Shown piece by piece: positions 17,729 to 27,262 of a stretch of 55,152 nucleotides of DNA. Within the stretch, counting starts at the first letter, position 1; every line of letters begins with the position of its first letter. Below the pieces are notes generated by a model. That model searched no databases. It was not told the DNA's origin and worked only from the letters and a program-made list of their open reading frames with translations. Source of the stretch: Candidatus Saliniplasma sp. (lineage in GTDB: Archaea; Thermoplasmatota; Thermoplasmata; Halarchaeoplasmatales; Halarchaeoplasmataceae); contig JBMCUO010000002.1 of NCBI GenBank assembly GCA_048622455.1, positions 1 to 55,152 on the forward strand, in the 5' to 3' direction. A program made the position numbers and the translations under genes.

Positions 17729-18730
17729 TCAAAATACCACTCCTTCGATAAAGACCAGTAAAGTCCCCAGGAGTCCGATAAGTGTCATGGGTACCCAGTA
17801 GAAATAGCTGGCCTTATCTATCTGAAATCGTGCCACAGCCACTCTAACAACGGATACCGATACAAATATTATCGCAAGCAGTTTCAGTAGGAAGAATGCA
17901 ATATCTGCGATCAGGTCTCCGATGACGTAACCGAATATCTCCGGCCCACCGATGGTAACCCAGTTTGTGATATTGTGAGGGAAGAACAAAGCTATCATCA
18001 AGGATCCGACCACTATCATCTTCACTGCTTCAGCCAGATAAAATACACCCAGGTTTCTACCCGAATATTCCACGAACAACCCCTCGGCAAGTTCTGTTTC
18101 AGCTTCAGATTGATCGAAGGGTACTCTAGAGAGTTCACCAGGTAAAACGCTGAAGAGTGCTACCGCAACGAGTAAGAGGCCGAGCATCCCCATTGGTCCG
18201 ACCAACCACCATACTGGGGTCGATGATATTACACCTAACGAGAATGTTTCGAACTTCCATGCTACAGTAACTGCTGTGATAGCAAGGGGGAACTCGTAGC
18301 TCATCATAAGGACCAACTCACGCTGGGCACCAACTGTAGCATATGGCGATCCAGAAGCCAGACCACCTATGGCCATGGCAACCGCCGGAATCGCAAGTAA
18401 ATAAAGGATCAATATCAGGTCGCCGTAGCCCTCCATTATCGGTTCAAAGGGACCTAAAGGAAGATAAACCAGGGCTACCAAAGTGGCGATCAATGCTACC
18501 AGGGGTGCTGCGTTGAAAAGCCACGGGACTGCCCCATCAGGGATTATCGTTTCTTTCATGAACAATTTCCTGATATCTCTGAAAGGCTGTCTCCAAGGAG
18601 GTCCGATCCTTGACTGCATCATGGCGGTGATCTTACGGTCGAAACCTTTGTAGAGCAGTCCTAAAAATATTCCTATGAAAGGTATTACCATAGCGTAGAA
18701 CAGAGAAATTATGATTTCTTCGTAGTTCAT
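17729..18730 (-). CDS. mbhM: Mbh subunit M, membrane anchor (NuoH/HycD-like)
   Basis: Polytopic 333 aa. Its start overlaps the mbhL stop. Size and position match the canonical operon. Confidence 0.8.
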   Translation of the reverse strand: MNYEEIIISLFYAMVIPFIGIFLGLLYKGFDRKITAMMQSRIGPPWRQPFRDIRKLFMKETIIPDGAVPWLFNAAPLVALIATLVALVYLPLGPFEPIMEGYGDLILILYLLAIPAVAMAIGGLASGSPYATVGAQRELVLMMSYEFPLAITAVTVAWKFETFSLGVISSTPVWWLVGPMGMLGLLLVAVALFSVLPGELSRVPFDQSEAETELAEGLFVEYSGRNLGVFYLAEAVKMIVVGSLMIALFFPHNITNWVTIGGPEIFGYVIGDLIADIAFFLLKLLAIIFVSVSVVRVAVARFQIDKASYFYWVPMTLIGLLGTLLVFIEGVVF

Positions 18731-19968
18731 AGCTCATCACCCAACATATCTTTGGTTTTTCTAACACTCATCTCGTGTAGTTCTTCATGGGTATATGAAT
18801 TCTGTTCACCACTGTTGATGTCCACTATCTCTGCCCTATCCATACAGCCTATGCAGGGGTCGATACATGCAGCGATTATCGGGATATCAGCTATCTGTTC
18901 ACCCATGAACATCGGAGCATAAGTGGCCAGATTGTTGTACGTAGAAGCTCTAACCTTCCAGTTATCCAGTTCTTCCATACCTTCTTTCAATCTTACATAG
19001 TGAAGAGCCTCTCCTCTTGGAGCCTCTATACGTCCGATACCCTCTCCATGGGCCTTCTTCAACTTGTTCAATAGTGCAGCTTTGTTGGATTCACTGTCGA
19101 TATCCCCATCGGGCATCTGTTCAACACACTGTCGTATCAACTCTATTGCCTGAAATACCTCTTTCAACCGGACTAGAGTCTTTGAGAAAACGTCTCCTTT
19201 ATTTTCATACCCGTATCGGGAAGGTATAACATAATCAAATTCAAGATCACCATAAGCTGCGTATGGTTGATCGATACGAACATCTTTTTTAACTCCCGAA
19301 GCTCGGACCGTGGGTCCGACACCACACAGCTCCAAAGCCTTCTTTTCAGTCAATATCCCGATATCTCTTGTTCTCATCCTTATACTGGGATCGCCTAGGA
19401 ATATCTCTTCGAGCTTATTGTATAACTTCTCATAATAACGTAAAGTGTCTTCGACCTTGGGATGCATATCTTTAGTGATATCCCTACGGACTCCACCTAC
19501 AGTCCACATGGAGTAGTTCACTCTATTGCCAGATATGTATTCAAGGAGGTCCATGACTTTTTCACGGATCTTCCATGTGAAGTGAAGATGGGTATCGAAA
19601 CCGATCTCATGAGCGGCCACACCCGCCCAAAGAACGTGTGAGTGTATCCTTTCAAGTTCACACATGATGGTTCTGATATATCTCGCTCTGTTAGTAGGTT
19701 CTATACCTGTGGCGTGCTCAACGGCAGTTGTGTACATATGTTGGTGAACTATGGAGCAAATACCACATATACGCTCCGAAAGTGGGATAACTTTCAGTGG
19801 GTTTCTGTGCATCCCCATGAATTCGATGCCCCTGTGATTCATACCGGGGTGTGGGTCAGCATCTACTATAGTTTCACCATCCAATCTGAACTGGATCATG
19901 AAAGGCTCTTTCAATGCTGGATGTATTGGACCTATCGGGACTTCATAAGTATTATCTTCATCACTCAT
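18727..19968 (-). CDS. mbhL: Mbh [NiFe] hydrogenase large subunit (NuoD/EchE-like)
   Basis: Both Ni-binding motifs are present: RICGICS near the N-terminus and DPCIGCMDR at the C-terminus. Start set at MSDEDNTYEVPIGPIHP (19968), overlapping the mbhK stop. Confidence 0.9.
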   Translation of the reverse strand: MSDEDNTYEVPIGPIHPALKEPFMIQFRLDGETIVDADPHPGMNHRGIEFMGMHRNPLKVIPLSERICGICSIVHQHMYTTAVEHATGIEPTNRARYIRTIMCELERIHSHVLWAGVAAHEIGFDTHLHFTWKIREKVMDLLEYISGNRVNYSMWTVGGVRRDITKDMHPKVEDTLRYYEKLYNKLEEIFLGDPSIRMRTRDIGILTEKKALELCGVGPTVRASGVKKDVRIDQPYAAYGDLEFDYVIPSRYGYENKGDVFSKTLVRLKEVFQAIELIRQCVEQMPDGDIDSESNKAALLNKLKKAHGEGIGRIEAPRGEALHYVRLKEGMEELDNWKVRASTYNNLATYAPMFMGEQIADIPIIAACIDPCIGCMDRAEIVDINSGEQNSYTHEELHEMSVRKTKDMLGDEL

Positions 19969-20554
19969 CTTCTTCACCTCCTTCTCTTGGTTTCTCTGCA
20001 GTTGGAGGTACAAAGGCTTCTTTCTCGTCATGTACATATCTAGACTGATCTTCCACGCCTTTATCGTCCCATCTCCATGGATACTTATCCTCGGGGAACA
20101 CCTCGTCCAACCAGAGTCTCCTCGAATCCGGTATATCCTTGACTTCAATTCCTAGAAATTCCTGTTTTTCTCTTTCAGTAGTTATGGCACCAGGGACTAA
20201 ATCAGTTATAGTGGGTATGGTTGGGTCGTCTTTAGGTAGGTGTACTTTAAGATTGACAATCACCTCCTCTCCAGGATATCCATAATTCACTGCGAAATGA
20301 TATATTAATTCTATTACATCACCTTTATCTGAACCCGATGTCACGGATAGATGCGGGACCTGCAGTTCGGAGATCGTCTTAACAGCATCTCTGAATTTGT
20401 CCCGTTCAACTTTCAACCAGATAAGCTTCATCGGTGGACTCTTGAGACCCTTTTCGATCTCTTCAGTGGATATCTCTTCTATTCCATCACCAAGCTCCTC
20501 TTCTAGATGATCTTTCATCTCATCTAATTCCAGAGGAAGCTGTATTTCTTTCAT
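19961..20554 (-). CDS. mbhK: Mbh subunit K (NuoC / 30-kDa-like)
   Basis: Position and size match. ERE..F.GI-type NuoC core (TTEREKQEFLGIEV). Confidence 0.8.
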   Translation of the reverse strand: MKEIQLPLELDEMKDHLEEELGDGIEEISTEEIEKGLKSPPMKLIWLKVERDKFRDAVKTISELQVPHLSVTSGSDKGDVIELIYHFAVNYGYPGEEVIVNLKVHLPKDDPTIPTITDLVPGAITTEREKQEFLGIEVKDIPDSRRLWLDEVFPEDKYPWRWDDKGVEDQSRYVHDEKEAFVPPTAEKPREGGEEDE

Positions 20555-20994
20555 TTATCATCACCTCTAAGTTTTTCTAAATATAACCAGGCTTCTTTGA
20601 CTCCGTTTATGATGTTCTCAGGACGTACGGGACAGCCGTTCACATAAAGTATGTGTGCATCATCTGGAAGAAGAGAATCTATAGGCCCCTCTATGGCATA
20701 ACTGTCATAATAGACACCAGTGGTAATTCCACAGTTACCTATTACCATCACCACCTTAGGGTCTGGGGTCTGCTCATAAACTCTCATAACTCTTTCTTTC
20801 ATCTTCTTTGTGACAGGGCCAGTGAAAAGCAATACGTCCGCATGCCTTGGAGAACCTACCAGTTTGATACCGAATCGTTCCGCATCGTATCTCGGAGTGA
20901 TAGCTGCAACTATCTCTATGTCACATCCGTTACACGAACCGCTGTTCAAGTGGAAGACCCAAAGCGCCTTATCGAATGTCTTTGATAACTTCAT
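20551..20994 (-). CDS. mbhJ: Mbh small subunit J (NuoB-like, proximal [4Fe-4S])
   Basis: GSCNGCDIE, GNCG and GCPVRPE cysteine motifs. Confidence 0.9.
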   Translation of the reverse strand: MKLSKTFDKALWVFHLNSGSCNGCDIEIVAAITPRYDAERFGIKLVGSPRHADVLLFTGPVTKKMKERVMRVYEQTPDPKVVMVIGNCGITTGVYYDSYAIEGPIDSLLPDDAHILYVNGCPVRPENIINGVKEAWLYLEKLRGDDK

Positions 20995-21005
20995 TTTATA
21001 ACACC

Positions 21006-21344
21006 TTACATTAGTATATATAGGAACACCAGCACCACGGCCAGTGTCACCACGAACCAGTAAACGTAATCATTCACAATGCCTGTATGTCCTTTAACCA
21101 AGGGGTCTAGGTATTTTCTTAAAGCCTGCATGAATCCCCAGTATAGGTTATCCCCGCCTACGTGCAAACTTTTCAGGTCCTTAGGCGGCCTGTTACCGGA
21201 TATGAACGGGTCACCTTTGTATTTCGTACGTTTGTAATCTGGATTCCCCATCAAGTAGAACATGTAGGCGATCAGCGTTACCAGCAACCCCACTATTATG
21301 AAGAGTATGGGGCTCCAAGCATCTTGGAGAACTATATCTATCAA
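21006..21344 (-). CDS. mbhI: Mbh subunit I (2-TM)
   Basis: 112 aa with two TM helices, in the canonical position between H and J. Confidence 0.65.
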   Translation of the reverse strand: MIDIVLQDAWSPILFIIVGLLVTLIAYMFYLMGNPDYKRTKYKGDPFISGNRPPKDLKSLHVGGDNLYWGFMQALRKYLDPLVKGHTGIVNDYVYWFVVTLAVVLVFLYILM

Positions 21345-22861
21345 GCTCCCACCCCCAGTGCTTCCACAGCGGGTACAATGATCTCCGCTACCACATAGTT
21401 GGGGAATAGGCTGAAAACAGCCACGACGATAGTTAAAATAGTCATGGCCAAGATCATACTGCGGGGAACTTTCTGACCGATCCCCTGGTCAGGTCCCAGG
21501 AATGCATTGAAGAATATCTTGCCGATCAAAGCAAGCGTTACTATACTTACCACCAAAGCGATTATGGCAAGAAGTGGATTAAAAAGATAAACAGATTCGT
21601 ATATCATCAGTTTAGAACTGAAACCTGACAGCGGGGGTATGCCTGCAATGGATAGTCCACCTATTACGAAAAAGAAGGTTGTATAAGGCATGTGATGTGC
21701 TAAACCACCGAGTTTATTCAGATCCCGGGTGTCAGCAGCATAGATTATACCGCCTGCTGATAGGAATAGAAGTGCTTTGTAGATCCCATCGTTTATCATA
21801 TGGAAAAATCCACCTTCGATGGCTCCGACACCGAATTCACCGTACTCAGCGGTTTCTAATGTTGCAAATCCCACACCGACTGCCATCATCATGTAACCTA
21901 TCTGAGAGACCGATAGATATGCGATAAGTCTCTTGAGGTCACTCTGTTTGAGAGCCATGCTCACTCCGATAAACATGGATAGAACACCTAAAACGATGAG
22001 GATACTGCCCAAAGATGAAGGTTCCACAGCACCTCTGAATACAAAGAATATCAGTCTGAATAGTACGAATAAGGACCCCAGAGAAGTAATAGCTATGAAC
22101 GGGGTTATAGGTTCTGGTGCTTCCGAATAAGCATCGGGGGCCCACATGTGCATGGGGACACTGCTGGCCTTCATGGCTAGTATGACCATAATCATACCTA
22201 TGGCGAGTATATCGATGAAGCTGCCGGTCAAAGAATCACTAATCAAAAAGAAATTCAGAACACCGTATTCTCCGTAGAAGAAACCTATAGAGAAGAGAAG
22301 TAACAATCCCGCGATGACGCTTATGACCATGTATTTTAGAGCCGCTTCTATGCTTTCACCTCTTTCATTATGGTAGGCGATCAGACCACATGATGCGATG
22401 GAAGTTACCTCGAACCATACGAAGAGGTTAAAAAGATCAGAAGTGAGTACCATCCCGTTTACACCTGCTAGTGTCAGCAGGAAAAGGGTGTAGAATTTTC
22501 CTAACCCTTTAGATTCTTTCATGTTCCCAAAGGAATAGATACCGGCTCCAACCGCAGTTATTATGATCGTTAGGGTGGCCAGTACTGAAAATCCATCGGC
22601 TAGGAAGGTTATCCTGAAAAAGGATTGATCGGTCAGACCTGTTGTGGGTTCCGCAGCTCCGAATACGTATATCCAACTACCCATGGTGTAAACTTCATAG
22701 GCCATCAGTGATACGAATAGAGCCGTTAAAAGTAGTCCTATGATGAAGACGGCATTTCTTAATTCCTTGGAAACGTTATTTGCTAGAGGAGTCAAAAACG
22801 CGAATAAAAGAGGGATAGCTAATATAAATACAGGTGATTGAACTAATAAGTCAATATTCAT
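21341..22861 (-). CDS. mbhH: Mbh subunit H, MrpD/NuoL-M-N-type antiporter-like subunit
   Basis: 506-aa polytopic protein with a proton-antiporter fold pattern. Overlapping start/stop with its neighbours. Confidence 0.85.
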   Translation of the reverse strand: MNIDLLVQSPVFILAIPLLFAFLTPLANNVSKELRNAVFIIGLLLTALFVSLMAYEVYTMGSWIYVFGAAEPTTGLTDQSFFRITFLADGFSVLATLTIIITAVGAGIYSFGNMKESKGLGKFYTLFLLTLAGVNGMVLTSDLFNLFVWFEVTSIASCGLIAYHNERGESIEAALKYMVISVIAGLLLLFSIGFFYGEYGVLNFFLISDSLTGSFIDILAIGMIMVILAMKASSVPMHMWAPDAYSEAPEPITPFIAITSLGSLFVLFRLIFFVFRGAVEPSSLGSILIVLGVLSMFIGVSMALKQSDLKRLIAYLSVSQIGYMMMAVGVGFATLETAEYGEFGVGAIEGGFFHMINDGIYKALLFLSAGGIIYAADTRDLNKLGGLAHHMPYTTFFFVIGGLSIAGIPPLSGFSSKLMIYESVYLFNPLLAIIALVVSIVTLALIGKIFFNAFLGPDQGIGQKVPRSMILAMTILTIVVAVFSLFPNYVVAEIIVPAVEALGVGA

Positions 22862-23208
22862 TCTCTACACCTCCTGATATCATCGGAATTTATACTGCCA
22901 TAGTGCTTTTTCAGCATGATCACGAACGAAAGCATCAACGCAGTCGTAGCCACACCTATGACGATACTGGTGAGTGTCAGCGCGTGTGGGGTCGGTAATA
23001 CCATATCTGATGATGGGGCACTCGTCCAAATCGGGGCGACGTATCCCTCACGATAGGCTAGTGAAACCAGAAACAGGTTAGCCCCGTTCTGCATCAGAGT
23101 TATACCCATTATTATCTTGATCATATTTTTCTTAAAGAGAACTGCATAAAGACCCATTATCACTAACAGTACGACCATGACCATCGGGAATATCGTGAAC
23201 CAGTTCAT
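22858..23208 (-). CDS. mbhG: Mbh subunit G (MrpC/NuoK-like)
   Basis: 116 aa, 3 TM, canonical order. Confidence 0.75.
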   Translation of the reverse strand: MNWFTIFPMVMVVLLVIMGLYAVLFKKNMIKIIMGITLMQNGANLFLVSLAYREGYVAPIWTSAPSSDMVLPTPHALTLTSIVIGVATTALMLSFVIMLKKHYGSINSDDIRRCRE

Positions 23209-23672
23209 TCTTCCACCTCCAATGCACCACTTCTTTTAGCCATCATCCATAAGATAAGACTCAATGCCGCGGCGACCTCCATCCCCACGACTATGTTCAT
23301 AAGTGGGACCGTTCCGCCAGTGTTGATATAACCGGAATTGATACCATTTACTGTCCCACCAAATATACCTCCGGTACCTGCTAGAGAGTTGTAGAACAAC
23401 GAGAAGCCCATTATGATCCCCAATAGGGCAAGTAAAAAGAAACAGGTTAAACCGGTGGACTCCATTGTTGAAAAATCGTTCTTGTTATCTCTCATGGCAC
23501 CCCGAGCTACGATCAAGAGTGCTGTTGCAGAAGCGATCACCGCTCCTCCTTGAAAGCCTCCTCCTGGTGTAAGGTGACCGTGAACTATCAGATATATTCC
23601 AAAAACGACGATGGGAACCACCATAACATCAGCTACAGTGCGTACTACCACGGACATCTTCCAATCCATCAT
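23205..23672 (-). CDS. mbhF: Mbh subunit F (MrpB-like)
   Basis: 155 aa, 4 TM, HLTPGGGFQGG MnhB-type motif. Confidence 0.75.
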   Translation of the reverse strand: MMDWKMSVVVRTVADVMVVPIVVFGIYLIVHGHLTPGGGFQGGAVIASATALLIVARGAMRDNKNDFSTMESTGLTCFFLLALLGIIMGFSLFYNSLAGTGGIFGGTVNGINSGYINTGGTVPLMNIVVGMEVAAALSLILWMMAKRSGALEVEE

Positions 23673-23962
23673 TTCTCCTCCTTTGAAAGCTTGTATTTAC
23701 GCAGTACTGTAAGCACTCCACTAACTGCAGAGAAAAGTACAGTAGCTTCTCCTAATGTATCCAAACCCCTGTAATCGAAAAGTATTGCGGTGACGACGTT
23801 ATTCACCTGATTGTGTTCTTGACTATCTTCCATGAAGTAATCGTCCATTTCGGTATTAACCGGGTCACCGAAACCACCGTCTTCACCACGCATCTGGACT
23901 ACTCCGCCTAGGATAAATGCGAATATGACTATCAGTGCGATAAATGCTATTATTTTTCTCAT
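23669..23962 (-). CDS. mbhE: Mbh subunit E
   Basis: 97 aa, canonical order. NVVTAILFDYRGLDTLGE motif of the MrpA C-terminal/MrpB region. Confidence 0.7.
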   Translation of the reverse strand: MRKIIAFIALIVIFAFILGGVVQMRGEDGGFGDPVNTEMDDYFMEDSQEHNQVNNVVTAILFDYRGLDTLGEATVLFSAVSGVLTVLRKYKLSKEEK

Positions 23963-24213
23963 TTGTATCCCTCCTCTCTATCCGTGGATTTTATTGCAAA
24001 GATAAGTATCGCTGTGGTCAAAGCTGCTCCTACTGCAGCCTCAGCGATGGCGACATCTGGCGCTCTCAATAAATAGAATTGTAGTGCAAGGACCAAACTA
24101 GATGCACCAAGGGCTATAGCTGCGGAGATCAAGTCTTTGAACCAGATAACGGCTAGAGCGGTCGAGACCAGTCCGATAAGGACCAGTATCTGCAGGAGAT
24201 AGTACAGCATCAT
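23959..24213 (-). CDS. mbhD: Mbh subunit D
   Basis: 84 aa, 3 TM, canonical order. Confidence 0.65.
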   Translation of the reverse strand: MMLYYLLQILVLIGLVSTALAVIWFKDLISAAIALGASSLVLALQFYLLRAPDVAIAEAAVGAALTTAILIFAIKSTDREEGYK

Positions 24214-24575
24214 TCTCTCGCCTCCTTATCAGCTAGATGGTCAACGACCGCTTGTTCTGGTAAAATGCCTACTCTGTGAGCAGCTCTAGCTAAAGCATGA
24301 GCGCCTGTTGGATTTGTGACCAGTATCGCGATTAACGCTACAAATGTGTGAATGACCATGTTCAGGTACTGTCCCTGGGCTGGATACCAGTAATACATAA
24401 CTCCTCCGTAGGCCATTATAGTGAATGTCATGAATATCGTTCCGAATGTAGTGCATTTGGTTGCAGCGTGCAATCTCGTGTAAACGTCTGGGAACCTATG
24501 AAGACCTATTATACCAAGTCCATTGAAGACCACTGAGATCACAAGCAGTATAGACAATATCGTTAAAACTATCAT
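24210..24575 (-). CDS. mbhC: Mbh subunit C (MrpG-like)
   Basis: 121 aa. RFPDVYTRLHAATK MnhG motif. Confidence 0.8.
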   Translation of the reverse strand: MIVLTILSILLVISVVFNGLGIIGLHRFPDVYTRLHAATKCTTFGTIFMTFTIMAYGGVMYYWYPAQGQYLNMVIHTFVALIAILVTNPTGAHALARAAHRVGILPEQAVVDHLADKEARE

Positions 24576-24844
24576 TTAGATTTCACCCCTTCTAGATATT
24601 TTGCTATGAAAAGCGTGGTTATGAATGAAAGTACCGCGTAAACGATGGCTATATCGATGAATAAGGTTTCCCAAGTCGCAGCTCCCAGACCTACCATGCT
24701 TGCTACTACCAAGGTGTTGATAGTATCCAATGCGACGGCCCGATCGGGTGCGGTGGGACCTAAGAAAATTCTGATGGTTGATAAAAGAATGTAGATTAAA
24801 AATAAACCGACAGCTATGAACAACGGGTATGAAAAATCGATCAT
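24572..24844 (-). CDS. mbhB: Mbh subunit B (MrpF-like)
   Basis: Start set at MIDFSYP (ATGA overlap with the mbhA stop). 90 aa, 3 TM. Confidence 0.75.
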   Translation of the reverse strand: MIDFSYPLFIAVGLFLIYILLSTIRIFLGPTAPDRAVALDTINTLVVASMVGLGAATWETLFIDIAIVYAVLSFITTLFIAKYLEGVKSK

Positions 24845-25362
24845 TCTGCAAACCTCCTTATCCATCTAGTGAACCTTCCGGAAATGGTTTCAGTCGGTTT
24901 TTTCCGGACCTTTATCCAGTGGATGTAGAGTTCTTTTTTATCCTCGTCTACATCTACAGTAAGGGTTCCGGGTGTAAGCGTTATAGAATTTGCTAAAAAT
25001 GTAATACTCAAGTCCTTTTTCAAACCCGGATTGATCTTAACTATTCCGGGTTTTATATTTCCAGTTATCACTCTGTACGCCACATCCAAATTTGCCTTCA
25101 CCATCTCTATAAAGAGGGGTATAAGGTACACGATCATTATGGCCCATCTTAGAGGATTTGCCATCCTGAAGTCGTCCTTTCGGCAAAGGATGTGACTTGT
25201 AACGGAAGCCACGATGAGCGATACCGATAAACCGAAGACCAGTTCTTCAAAGCCCCATAATGGAGTCCCATGTACGATCGATCTACCGGCGGCAAATGTT
25301 AAAATTAAATACGTGCCAAAGGCTAGCAAAAACGTCGAGATAAATCTTTTAATTTCTTTCAT
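24841..25362 (-). CDS. mbhA: Mbh subunit A (MrpE-like)
   Basis: 173 aa, first gene of the operon. ITLTPGT MnhE motif. Confidence 0.8.
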   Translation of the reverse strand: MKEIKRFISTFLLAFGTYLILTFAAGRSIVHGTPLWGFEELVFGLSVSLIVASVTSHILCRKDDFRMANPLRWAIMIVYLIPLFIEMVKANLDVAYRVITGNIKPGIVKINPGLKKDLSITFLANSITLTPGTLTVDVDEDKKELYIHWIKVRKKPTETISGRFTRWIRRFAE

Positions 25363-25477
25363 GTGTTTTCCTCCACTTACAGGTTGAATATGTGTGTCCT
25401 ACATATCTTCCCTTCTCTTTCTCGGAATTCAAACTGTCTCGTATGCAGAATGACATGACAAGAATTCCAACAATTTT

Positions 25478-25497
25478 GTATATATAGTCTTTTCGGG
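25478..25497 (-). promoter_or_regulatory. Candidate BRE/TATA promoter of the mbh operon
   Basis: Minus strand reads CCGAAAAGACTATATATACA, about 115 nt upstream of the mbhA ATG. Confidence 0.4.
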
Positions 25498-25559
25498 ATG
25501 AGTTTTAAACAAATCCGACAACCTTATATATCATTCCATTTTTGAAATCGTTGATTATA

Positions 25560-25727
25560 ATGAAGAAAGATTATAACTGTACATCATGTGGTGTGACTTT
25601 AGTAGGGTTGAAAAATGCTTCGTTCCCATGCCCAGAATGCGGTAAAGTCCAGATAGGACGGTGTAAGAAATGTCGAGATCAGGGTGCTAGATATGAATGC
25701 CCAGAATGTGGATTTAGGGGGCCTTGA
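25560..25727 (+). CDS. Zn-ribbon protein (COG2888-type, conserved neighbour of aEF-1beta)
   Basis: CTSCG...CPECG...CKKC...CPECG. Its stop is 2 nt before the aEF-1beta ATG. TATA-like TTATATAT at 25524-25531. Confidence 0.6.
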   Translation: MKKDYNCTSCGVTLVGLKNASFPCPECGKVQIGRCKKCRDQGARYECPECGFRGP

Positions 25728-25729
25728 AT

Positions 25730-25996
25730 ATGGGAGATGTAAGAATAGTTTATAAACTGATGCCAGAAAACCCAAAAGCGGATCTCGATGAGATCAAAGA
25801 AGAAGTTAAAAAGATAGCTGAGGAATACGGTGAATACAAAGGTTCTAACGAAGAGAAAGTTGCCTTCGGTTTAATGGCTGTCATCTCAACCATAGAGATA
25901 CCTGATGAAGGCGGTATAGTCGACGTTATGGAAGAAAAATTAAGATCCATACCTGGTATCCAGAGTGCTGAAGCCGCCGATATGACTTTAATATAA
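25730..25996 (+). CDS. ef1b: Translation elongation factor aEF-1 beta
   Basis: MGDVRIVYKLMPE... 88 aa, with FGL...I...D...G pattern typical of aEF-1beta. Confidence 0.8.
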   Translation: MGDVRIVYKLMPENPKADLDEIKEEVKKIAEEYGEYKGSNEEKVAFGLMAVISTIEIPDEGGIVDVMEEKLRSIPGIQSAEAADMTLI

Positions 25997-26002
25997 AGTC
26001 TA

Positions 26003-27235
26003 TCAGGTCCCTTCTTCCCAACCTTCCATATACTCCTTCTGTTCTTCTGCCAATCTATCTATTTCCACACCATCAGCTTTCAGTCTCAACATAGCGACTT
26101 TCTCGTCTAGTTCCCTTGGTATGTTGTGAACTTTATTCTCTAAATCGTTCTTCAAAATATAATCTGCCGCCATCATCTGTAGTGCAAAGCTCATGTCCAT
26201 GATCTCGGCGGGATGCCCCTGTCCAACAGCAAGGTTCACCAACCGTCCATCTGCAAGAAGATACAGTTTCCTACCGTCTTCCATCCCGTATTCTTTCACA
26301 TCATCCCTTACCACGCGAGAAGATACAGAAAATCCTTCCAAAGCATCGATATTTATCTCGTTGTTGAAATGACCTGAATTAGCTAGGATGCATCCGTCTT
26401 TAGCATTTTTGATCTCCTCTTCACCTATAACGTTCTTACATCCAGTAGCTGTCACAACGAAATCTGCTTTCTTGATGTTCTCCTTAGCCGGAGCTACTTC
26501 AAAACCATCCATCTTCGCTTCGACAGCCTTGACAGGGTCGACTTCTGAAACCATAACATCGGCTCCCATACCTTTTGCTCTCATGGCTATACCTCTCCCA
26601 CACCAACCGTATCCACCGACCAAAAATTTCTTCCCGCTTAATTGAAGATTCGTAGCGGTCATCAACCCGTCGATAGTCGATTGTCCAGTTCCGTACCTGT
26701 TATCGAAAAGGTGTTTCATTAAAGCGTCGTTCACCGACATAACTGGAAATTTGAGTGCTCCGTCCTTTTCCATGGCACGCAATCTGATTATACCTGTTGT
26801 AGTCTCTTCACACCCCCCTTTTATACCCTCAATCAAATCCTTCCGTTCGGTATGGATCAACGACACTAGATCGCCACCATCATCTATGACCACGTCGGGA
26901 TCGTGTTCTAAGATGTTGTTCAAATTCTCGTAGTACTCCTTTTCAGTCTCTCCTCTTTTAGCAAATACGTCCATTCCGTATTCTTCTCTTAGAGCTTCAA
27001 CTACAGAGTTATCGGTGGATAGTGGATTACAGCTGGCCATCTTAACGTTGGCGCCTGCTTCCGTCAAAGACATGGCTAAAATTCCCGTTTTCGCTTCTAC
27101 ATGAAGGGCCATGGAGATATTCTTACCTTCAAGGCTTCCACTTTCCTTGATCTCCTCCCTCACCTTCTCCAAAACTTTCATGTGATCTCTAGCCCACTGT
27201 AAACGCTTCTTACCCCTTTCGATCAGATCCGTCAT
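26003..27235 (-). CDS. ahcY: Adenosylhomocysteinase (archaeal short form)
   Basis: DDGGD, EETTTG, GYGWCGRG (NAD site) and NSGHFNNEI motifs. 410 aa. Confidence 0.9.
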   Translation of the reverse strand: MTDLIERGKKRLQWARDHMKVLEKVREEIKESGSLEGKNISMALHVEAKTGILAMSLTEAGANVKMASCNPLSTDNSVVEALREEYGMDVFAKRGETEKEYYENLNNILEHDPDVVIDDGGDLVSLIHTERKDLIEGIKGGCEETTTGIIRLRAMEKDGALKFPVMSVNDALMKHLFDNRYGTGQSTIDGLMTATNLQLSGKKFLVGGYGWCGRGIAMRAKGMGADVMVSEVDPVKAVEAKMDGFEVAPAKENIKKADFVVTATGCKNVIGEEEIKNAKDGCILANSGHFNNEINIDALEGFSVSSRVVRDDVKEYGMEDGRKLYLLADGRLVNLAVGQGHPAEIMDMSFALQMMAADYILKNDLENKVHNIPRELDEKVAMLRLKADGVEIDRLAEEQKEYMEGWEEGT

Positions 27236-27262
27236 TATATCGGGCCTCCATTGATCGAGTCA

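Noticed and set aside
24576-24851. 91-aa alternative-frame ORF overlapping mbhB
   Set aside because: The Arg/His-rich translation has no TM helices. The 24572-24844 frame gives the expected MrpF-like 3-TM protein.
25502-25510. GTTTTAAAC (GTTn3AAC), the core of the Thermococcales SurR site, between the divergent mbh and Zn-ribbon/ef1b promoters
   Set aside because: It is a single 6-specified-base match that is reasonably likely by chance in an A/T-rich 180-bp spacer. The extended motif is absent, and there is no evidence that this organism has SurR.
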